From NCBI RefSeq assembly GCF_036321535.1, contig NC_087444.1, positions 77,810,001-77,874,000 on the forward strand: a DNA stretch of 64,000 nt, written 5' to 3'. The translations under genes and the position numbers were made by a program. Positions 56,077-64,000 of this stretch are shown here, one piece after another. The DNA comes from Camelus dromedarius. Its lineage: Eukaryota. The notes under the pieces were generated by a model. It searched no databases and was not told the DNA's origin. It saw only the letters and a list, made by a program, of their open reading frames with translations. Position 1 is the first letter of the stretch. Every line of letters starts with the position of its first letter.

Positions 56077-59000
56077 CTACAGCCGCCGCAGTGCCCGCTT
56101 CTTGTCCGTCTTTTTCTTGGCCGCCAGCTTCTTGTCGCGCTCGCCTGCGTGCTTCTTGGCCATGGGACCCTCGGCCCCTCCCAGGCCTCCGGGGGCCATG
56201 GAGTCGGTGGAGGAGGCTGCAGCCCCGCTGGCCCCGGCCCCCCCTGCGCCCGCGCCCCCGTGGATCTCTGTGAGCAGGCGTGCGCGCGCCGCGTACTCCT
56301 CGTAGTTCTCCAGGAGCAGGCGGCCCGCCTCCTCGTTGAGGGCAGACTCAGGGTTGGGGTGGATCAGCAGGCACTTGATGGTCTGTGGGAAGAAGGCCAG
56401 GATCAGGGGCCTCCCAAGCCTCTCACATCTGGCCTTGTGGCTCTGCACTGGCTGCTCCCCACCAGATCACACACTGGCTCTGCCCACACCACACAGGCCC
56501 GCTCATCAGTGACTGAGGCCTGGACCAGGGAGGCAAGGGACTTGCCCAGGGTCACTCAGAAAGCGAGGTGGGGGGAAATGTAGGAACTCACACCCGGCCT
56601 GCAAAGCTCCACTTTCCCCCGCTACCGGAAGACGCTTAAACCCAGAGCTGTCACTGGCTTTAACGGGAACCCCAAGGGCAGGGCCAGCCATACCCAAGAA
56701 GGGGGACATCCAGAGGGCAGTCCAGGAAGGGAGTGAGTCTTCAGTATTTCTCACCCGCCAACTTTAATTGAGGGGTAAGTAAGGGCTGACAAGTGTGACC
56801 AGCAGCCCCTGTGGCTCTTCTAAGGTGGCCCCTAAGCCACTGTGTTCTACCTCCACTTTTTTTCTGAAAAGGAACCCGAACATGCCTGGCCTTGAGCAGG
56901 TGAAATGATCTCTCGCCTGTAAATGGGGGTGGTGACAAGTGCCCCCAGGGCTGTTGTGACACACGCAAAGCACCTGGCACAGCAGACACCACTGATGATC
57001 ACAAGGGACCCAGGATCACGCCCTAATCCTGACCACTGCACCCCCAAACAGAGGTCTGGCTGCCAGTCCTTCCTGCAGCTGCCCTCCCACAGCTGCGCCC
57101 AGCCTGGGCCCTGCACTGCAGGCCCCGGGGCTCACTGGGGACACCTAGAGTTATTCTGTGAGCTCATCTCCCCTGTCCCTGGCCGCCACCACTGACACTC
57201 CAGGGAGAGGAGGGGGAAGTTTGGGGTCTGTTTACCTTGGTGCTCAATCCTCCCCAGGGCCCTGCAGGAAACCCCAATTCCCCTTCCTACCATCTGCCCC
57301 AGGGGCTAATTAGAAATTCAGTTTTCAACAAGAACTTAAATTTGTGAGGGGTGGAGGGGCAGTCGGTACCCTACACACTAGACACCCCACAGTCTGGTGT
57401 CCCCACCTCACCTGACCCGGGCCTGGGTGGTGCTGGGGGGTGGGGCCCTGCACTGCAGACTGTGCAGCAGCTTCCCTGTCTCCCCCCTGCAGGTGCTGGT
57501 AGCACCCTCAGCTGTGACAACTAAAAATGTCCCCAGTGGAGCAAAAGCACTCCTGGTTGAAAAGTAATGGTTTATGAAAATATTCTGGGATTACCAGTGG
57601 TAATAGCTGCAAAAGCTGTAACTACTGAAACACCAATGAACTGCATACTTCAGGACACTGAATTTTGACACATAAATCATATCTTAACCCTAGCCAGAGT
57701 GGGGGTGGGTATAGCTCAGTGGCAGAGCGCATGCTTAGCATGCATGAGGTCCCAGGTTCAATCCCCACTACCTCCACAAAAAAACAAAACATCATGTTAA
57801 CCCTAGCCAGACGCTTGTCTTGTACCTATCAGAAAGTCGTCCCACTACACAAACCCATTACTTGTTCTGCAGGGAAGATGCCTGGGGAACTGTCCACTGT
57901 TCCTTCCAGAAAAGCTGGAAACCTGGATTCTTCCATGGAAGCCCCCAACCACTTGAGTTGATTTTAAAAAAGAAACAAGGCTCTGTGGCTGGGACATCAT
58001 TGGGAAGTCAGGAGGGAGGCCCAGTCCCAGCCAAACTCACCAGCAGCACATGCCGGATGCCCAGCTCAGCTGTCCAGTCCCTCTTGAGCACATTGACACA
58101 GATCTCACCGTTGGCGCCCACGTTTGGGTGGAAGATCTTGGTCAGGAAGTAGCCCTTGGGCGGGGAGGCAGGAAAGTCCTTCCCCAGGAGGAGTTTCATA
58201 CGGAACAGGCCTCCGGCGTATGGGGTCCCCTCTGGAATGCAGGGAGGGGGACTGGGTCAGGAGGTTTAGGACTCCCAGGCACCCCGAACAACCCCAAAGC
58301 CCAGTCTCCACAGTCTGGCCCTGAGGCAAGTGCCCCACTGCCTCTTCCACCAGACTGGGGGATTCCTGAAACCAGGATGGGGCTAGGCTTCCAGAGGGTC
58401 ACAAGCACACATCCCCACCTGAGTTAACCCTTTAGACTCGTGTCACCACCAAGCCCTGGTCTCCACCCGCAGTGCCTATTCACTCCTAAGCAAGGCACGG
58501 TCGCACACCCTTCCCAAGAGACACAGACACGCACACCCTCTCATCTTCCTGGAAAAACGTCTACCTGGCAGCCTCTCAGGCCCATGTCAGGACAGTTCTG
58601 TGAACTCCACGGTCTTCCCTGCTGCAGCTTCTCATTCACCCACTTGGATCAGGTCAAAAAACCGTGGGGAGTTGTTCCAGACCCATGGCTATTCCTCACG
58701 CCCCAGCCCCCACATCCAACCAATCAGTAGCCTGGGCAGCTGAGCTCCAGGTCCCCTCCTGAATCAGACCCCACCTCCAAGTCCAGCCGAACGGCTTTTC
58801 TCACCTGATGGCTGCCAGCAACGGTCAAGGGCTTCCTGACCAGCCTCCAGCCAGCTTCTACCCCAGCCCCGTCCCCACTGAAGTCAAACTCTGAAGTGAT
58901 CTGTTACCCCTGCTTTACACCCACCAATGGCTTCCTTTCCAAACTCCTTGAAGAGGCCTACAAGTCCTAAAAGCTCGTCTTTTTTCTCCTTTCTGTTCTT

Positions 59001-60388
59001 ATAAAGCACACACTGCGCCTGCCACGGGCCTTGGGGGATCCCCACCCTGCCGCCCACATCAAGGCCAGCAACTCTGAAGTCTTCCCTGACCCACACCCCA
59101 ACAAACCCAACTCCAGACTAGGTCCTTCATCACACACTCTTGTAACATCTTCGCTTAAACTGTAGAAATTCAACTGTTAGCAAAGGAAACGTAGTGCGTG
59201 AAGTGACACGCTGAACCACTCTGCATGATCACGTGTAATCATTTGGCTACGGTTGGTATTTCCCCTAAGTCGGCAGCTGGCTCCTTCTCGGTTTGGTCCC
59301 CAGAGCCTCGGACACTGACGGCAGGAAGGAGTTTGAGATCATCCAGCCTGCCCTCCAGGCCTTTGCTAATATGATTCTCACCACCTGGCACCTTCTTCCC
59401 ACTCCCACACTTCAGGACTGAGGAACACCCAAACCCAGGTAAGGCCCCCATTAATTATATTCTTTCCTGGCCCCCAGGATTTTCTCACAACACTTACAGG
59501 AACGTATACACAATTATTTGTCATTTCTCATGTCCTTCCCTGCACACCATGAGCACAAGAACTAACAGGTGTGCCTGTCATGTCCACTTATACTGGGGGC
59601 CCCTAGCCCTGCTCTCAAGATGACAAGGATCTAGGAAGTGCCCTCCTGCCTCTCGTTCCCACACTCACCAGGGCCCTCAATGGTGACTTGCAAGTCGGTG
59701 AGGTCTTCCTCGTTGGGAAAGACCTTGATGCCATCAGGTGGGTCAGCTGTCAGCGTCGTCACCTCCTTGTACACCAGGCGGATGATGTGGGGGGGCAGGT
59801 TCTCCACGTTGGAGTTCTGGGTAGGAGAGAAGGGGGTGAGCCGCGGGCAGAGCCGGGGCCCAGGACCTTCCGCAGGATCTAGGATGCGGTGGCAGCCCTA
59901 GTCTTGTCCCTGCAGGCCCAGGCTGTCAATCACCCCCAGCTCCCAGATCCCCTCAACCCGGGATGCTTCCGGCGACCGTCTCAGTCTGGTCTCCCACTAG
60001 AAATTGGGCGGATTTCCGAGGGGCTTGAGGATGACTCCACCTTCCCCAAAAGCCCCCTCGTGGCCCCTCAATGATTCCGCGTAGGGCGGAGGCCTATCCT
60101 GGTTCCCTTCCCCACCTAACCCTGGAAACCCCAGCTCGAGCATGGAGACGGCGGCGGAGCGTCGTTGCTCCCGGAACACCTACGGGCGGGCCAAAAAGCT
60201 TGGAGCATTTCCCGGGGCTCAGCCGGGCCTTCCCCTTCTGCACCGCTACAGGAAGGCCCCTGTGCCCATCCCTGGCCCGGGACCCCCCAGGTGGATGCTC
60301 CAACGCCCCAAGCCACCCGCGAGAGGCTCCTGAGGCCCCGCCTCCTCCCCCGACCACTCCTCCCAGGCCTGGACACCGCGCTCACCAT
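56077..60388 (-). CDS. UBE2S: Ubiquitin-conjugating enzyme E2 S (K11 chain-elongating APC/C E2), 215 aa
   Basis: Coding exons 60388-60386 (ATG only), 59816-59669, 58231-58041, 56382-56077 (648 nt), [24 protein letters not shown]...[20 protein letters not shown] (catalytic Cys) ...[26 protein letters not shown]. Confidence 0.99.
57701..57790 (+). mobile_element. tRNA-Ala-derived camelid SINE (Vic-1 type) with 15-bp target-site duplication, UBE2S intron 3
   Basis: GGGGGTGGGTATAGCTCAGTGGCAGAGCGCATGCTTAGCATGCATGAGGTCCCAGGTTCAATCCCCACTACCTCCA plus an A-rich tail. TTAACCCTAGCCAGA at 57684-57698 and 57797-57811. Confidence 0.9.
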
Positions 60389-60569
60389 GACTGCGGCTGG
60401 CCGGGGGCGGGTCCCCCCAGCCCCCTTCCTGCGCTTTCCGGCCGCCGGCCGGGGCGGGGGGCCCAACTGCTGCCGCTGCGGCCCTGGCGAGGCCCCAGCG
60501 GCCCCGCTCCGCTCCCCGCTGCCTCCGACGCCCGCAGCGTACCGCGGCTGCAGCTCCACCCACCCCGGT

Positions 60570-61300
60570 CCCCGGCCGCACTAAGCCGGCCGCGCGCGCA
60601 CCGCCACCCTTTTATATCCAGCTGCAGGCCACGCCCCCCCCGCGGCCCAGGAGCGCCGCGTCCCGACCCGCGACGTCAGCGCGCACGGTCCTTGGCGTTC
60701 GACGCGCTCGCTCCCTTCCCGAAAGCGGCAGGCAGAGGCGGGAGAAGCTGGGGAGGGGGCTCGAAGCAGGCCGGCCAATGGGAGCGCGCAGGGGTCGAGG
60801 AAGGGATCCGGGAGAGTAGGGCGGTGGAGAAGGGGAAGTTGAGAGGAAGAGGACGTGAAGAACGACGCGACCGTTGATTGGGCGGTTTGAATGAGACGCC
60901 GGCGTACGCGCGCGCGCCCTGACGCCTAGGAAATCGCGCACGCGACTAACGGTCGGCCTGGGAGCCTGGGCGGGGCGAAGGGAGGCGGGACTTGGGGGGT
61001 TTTAAAAGGATGATGGAAGGTACCCCGGCCAATAGGGACGCATATTCGTGGGGTAGCGTCACGAGATGCGCTCGGGCTAATCCTTGACGGAGAAGGCAGT
61101 ACCAGGTGGTGGGGGCGGGATAGACGGAGAGCGACCAATGGGGACCCTGCCTAGCGCGGACCTAGGCGCTCGCAGCCAATTAAGTTCGTTAGGTTTTATG
61201 TATGCAAATAAGTGCGCGCGGACGCCCGCGCCCCTTCCTCAGCCCGCAGTGGTGGTGGGCGCTGGGAATTGAGGTATGTTTGTCAGTGAGGCGCCATTTT
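60570..61300 (-). promoter_or_regulatory. UBE2S: UBE2S CpG-island promoter
   Basis: TATAAAA (minus) at 60616-60610, CRE-like CGACGTCA 60671-60678, CCAAT boxes 60775, 60877 (reverse), 61029, 61135, 61176, CHR hexamer TTTGAA 60886-60891, YY1-type GCGCCATTTT 61291-61300. Confidence 0.85.
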
Positions 61301-63149
61301 GTGCCAGGAATGACATGTGACCTGCGTGCTGTGTCGCGGAGGTTCCAAGACCAGTCAGCACGGCGTTGAAGGATTAGACGCCTGGCCCGCAAATGTGTGA
61401 CCTATGGCCCCGGCCAGGCCCCGGGCATGACGCCGGGCCTCAGTTACCTCCTGTGAGACGTGGACGCCCTAACCCTCGTGGTGCCGAGGAAGAAGGGAGA
61501 GTCCCTGGGCCTCCTTTCAGGGCCCGGCCTTGCCTGTGACTGACTGTGGCTTCCAGCCAGTCAGGCCTTCGCCGGGACTCAGTCCCCGTATGGGAAGCGG
61601 ACACACAGTTGTCTGAAAACGGGCCCGGAACGCCCCGGGCAGCCCGGTGTCGGCGCTTGGAGAGCGAGGACCGGAAGCTGGACCGGCTTTCTCCTGCTCA
61701 CCGTGCGGGGGGTCGGGGGCCCCTCCCAAGGCCTCGCAGCCCGGCAGGATGGGCCCCAGCCGGCCCCTGCATCCTGACAAGCCCTCGTGGGCCTCAGCTT
61801 CTGGAGAAGGAGGCAGGAAGGTGCAGAGACACCCGCAGCCGAACAGTCATAGTAACTAGTTTGTGGCAGATGGGCCTGTGGGGGCCTGGCACACGTGACC
61901 TTCAGTCCTAGCACGCAGGGTGCAGATTCTGGCCCGGTTAACACACAAGGACACTGAAGGCAGGAGGGGTCAAGTGACTTGGGACGCCCCCCGTCCCCCC
62001 AACTTGGGACAAGACAGAGGTGGTGGTCAGACTGAGCTGTATCACCAAATCCACCCAACAGGCAGAACGATGATGGGAATGGTTATTGTTTACTCTGGGT
62101 GGAGGCCCTGTTCTAGTTTGCATGCTTGAGCGCATTTAATCCTGGCAGGTGGATTACCTTCTGGACCCCCTCATTCACTCAGTACGATTTAATTTGAACA
62201 CCTACCATGTGGCAGGCAGGATGTCTGGGGATATGGCAGAGAGTAAAAGGGGCAAAACCTCTGCCCTCAAGGAGCTTACGTCCTCGTGGGGAAGCCAGAC
62301 AGCGAGTAAGTATATGCCATCATCAAGTGGGCGAGTGATGACGGCTTTGAAAAACACGAAGTCAGGGTTCGAAGTCAGGGTCCGGGGGATAGAAAGGGAG
62401 GGGTGGGCAGGGCAGACCTGTCTGAGGGAGTGTCATTCGGGCTGCAGGAAGGTCTATGGGAAAAGCAGCCCGAGAAGAGGGAACAGCAGGTGCAAAGATC
62501 CGGCAAGGGGACCGTGCTGGCTGAGTTGTGGGGGCCACCAGGAAGCCAGCCAGGCTGGGTGGGAGGTGCTGAGGTCAGAGGTAAGCGGTCAGCAGTTCCA
62601 TCACTGGCCTAGGCTGAGGTGGCCAATGTGTTGTTTTCTTCAAGCACTAGGGGGCTCCTGGGTGCATTGACAGGGCGGTGGGCAGGCACGTAGAGGCCAT
62701 GAGCAGGCTGGTGGCAGTGGGGATGGGTGAAATCTACAGGACCTTAAGGTTCTTGATATTGCAGGCCCTGGGGGTTTCTGTCCCAACCTACTCAGTTCTG
62801 CTGCCTTAGCCCCAGAGCGGCCTAAGGCTTAAGCATGGCCATGTTTCAGTCAGACTTTGTTTACAGAAACGGGCAGTGGCTGGAGGAGTCAGAAAGGGAG
62901 TCCACCCTTTATGACTCCTGAAATCCCAACAGGCCCCACCCCTGCTAAAAAGCTTTCAAGAGCCGCCAACACACTGCATTTTGAATACATCCCAAACTCC
63001 CAAAAGATCCATAAGCACTCTCCCTGAGGCCTCCTGGGCCTTCTTTCCATCTGTCCCTGGTATACACCAAGCCTTGTCTGACCTGGGGACATTCGCACGA
63101 GACTGCTATATGCCTGGAGAGCTTTCCACCCCATCTTCTTTCTTCCCCA

Positions 63150-64000
63150 ACCTCCAGTCCTAGGCTCGCCTTAAAATGTCACCCAGAGCATCTTCCCAGT
63201 CTCCGCTCCCATACTCTGTTCACTTCACTGTCTGGTCTTCACGACCCATCGAAATTTATCATTATTTGTTGGCTTATGTGTTTGTCTCCATCTTGCCTGA
63301 TGAGTACAGCCCCAGGAGAGCAGGGCGTCTGTCCATCGCCCCTGGCAGAGTGCCTGACAGAATGAGGTGTTCATTCAACAAACATCGTATTGAGCAGCTA
63401 CTAAAGGCCAGGCAGCGTTCTGTGTGCTTGGGATTCGTCAGCAAACAAAGATCTTTCCCCTTGTGGGGCTTATGGTGGCGAGGGCAGGCAGACACAAAAA
63501 CGAAATGTAATAAGTAAAATACATGGTATGTTAGGAGGCAGCAAGTACCGTAGAAAAAGTGAAAAGTAGAACAGGGGTAACAGGGGTGCCAGGGGTTCAG
63601 ACGCCGTGGTAAATTTTAAGCTGGGTGTCCAGGGAGGCCTCACTGAGCACATGTCATGTGAACACAAGTTTGAAGGCAGGGAGGCACTGAGCTCTGTGCT
63701 TATCAGAGGAAGAGCATTCCAGGCAGCAGGAACAGCTGGAGCTGGAACACACTCGAGGAACTGCAAGGAGGCCAGTGTGAATGCAGCAGAGTGGGCAGGA
63801 GCAGGGTGTGGGGAAGTGAGGTCAGAGAGATGTCTGTGTGGTCAGGTTGGGGAGGGGTATCACGGAGGGCCTTCAAGGCCATGGTTAGGACTCTGGTTTT
63901 GTCTTTGAGGAAACAGGGAGCCACTGCAGGGTTTTGAGCAGAGGAGTGCTGTGGTCTGACTCTGGTTTTTCCAGGTCATTCCGACTACTGGGTGGAGAAG
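63150..64000. mobile_element. L2 fragments
   Basis: gggaggcctcactgag...aggaactgcaaggaggccagtgtg...gagccactgcagggttttgagcagagg is typical reverse L2a. Confidence 0.7.

Noticed and set aside
57701-57776. Functional tRNA-Ala(AGC) gene
   Set aside because: Acceptor and T-stem mismatches, an A-rich tail, a target-site duplication and eight sibling copies indicate a SINE.
56383-59668. C/D box snoRNA in UBE2S introns (I recall, with uncertainty, a human SNORD annotated near here)
   Set aside because: A perfect box C occurs on minus at 59133-59127, but there is no box D at a suitable distance. Other C/D pairs lack terminal stems or sit too close to the acceptor. An Infernal/snoscan search would be decisive.
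60071-60877. 268-aa plus-strand ORF
   Set aside because: UBE2S CpG island, compositional artefact.
61800-64000. SHISA7 expected downstream by synteny
   Set aside because: Only L2 remnants and unique non-coding sequence are present; no SHISA7 coding sequence is in the window.

Overview
Mammalian genomic DNA, very likely a camelid given the nine tRNA-Ala-derived Vic-1-type SINE copies. It is syntenic to human 19q13.42. Eight protein-coding genes can be reconstructed by hand in the human order: KMT5C(+), COX6B2(-), GARIN5B/FAM71E2(-), IL11(-), TMEM190(+), TMEM238(-), RPL28(+), UBE2S(-). Exon phases add up to open frames. Two coding exons (KMT5C exon 3 and TMEM238 exon 1) are partly masked by N runs. 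The first 8 kb and 51-55 kb are mostly L1/L2/SINE/DNA-transposon remnants. I found no new protein-coding system. The most notable unexplained signals are non-coding: a 10-bp-phased CCGAA array upstream of RPL28, eight RFX half-sites before TMEM190, MSR1-like 37-bp minisatellites, a GC splice donor in GARIN5B, two out-of-frame uATGs at the KMT5C start, a compact AP-1/CRE/ETS cluster upstream of IL11, and GARIN5B ending about 100 bp from the COX6B2 promoter elements. Orthologue comparisons rely on recalled human sequences, not database searches. Old-repeat family names and boundaries are approximate.
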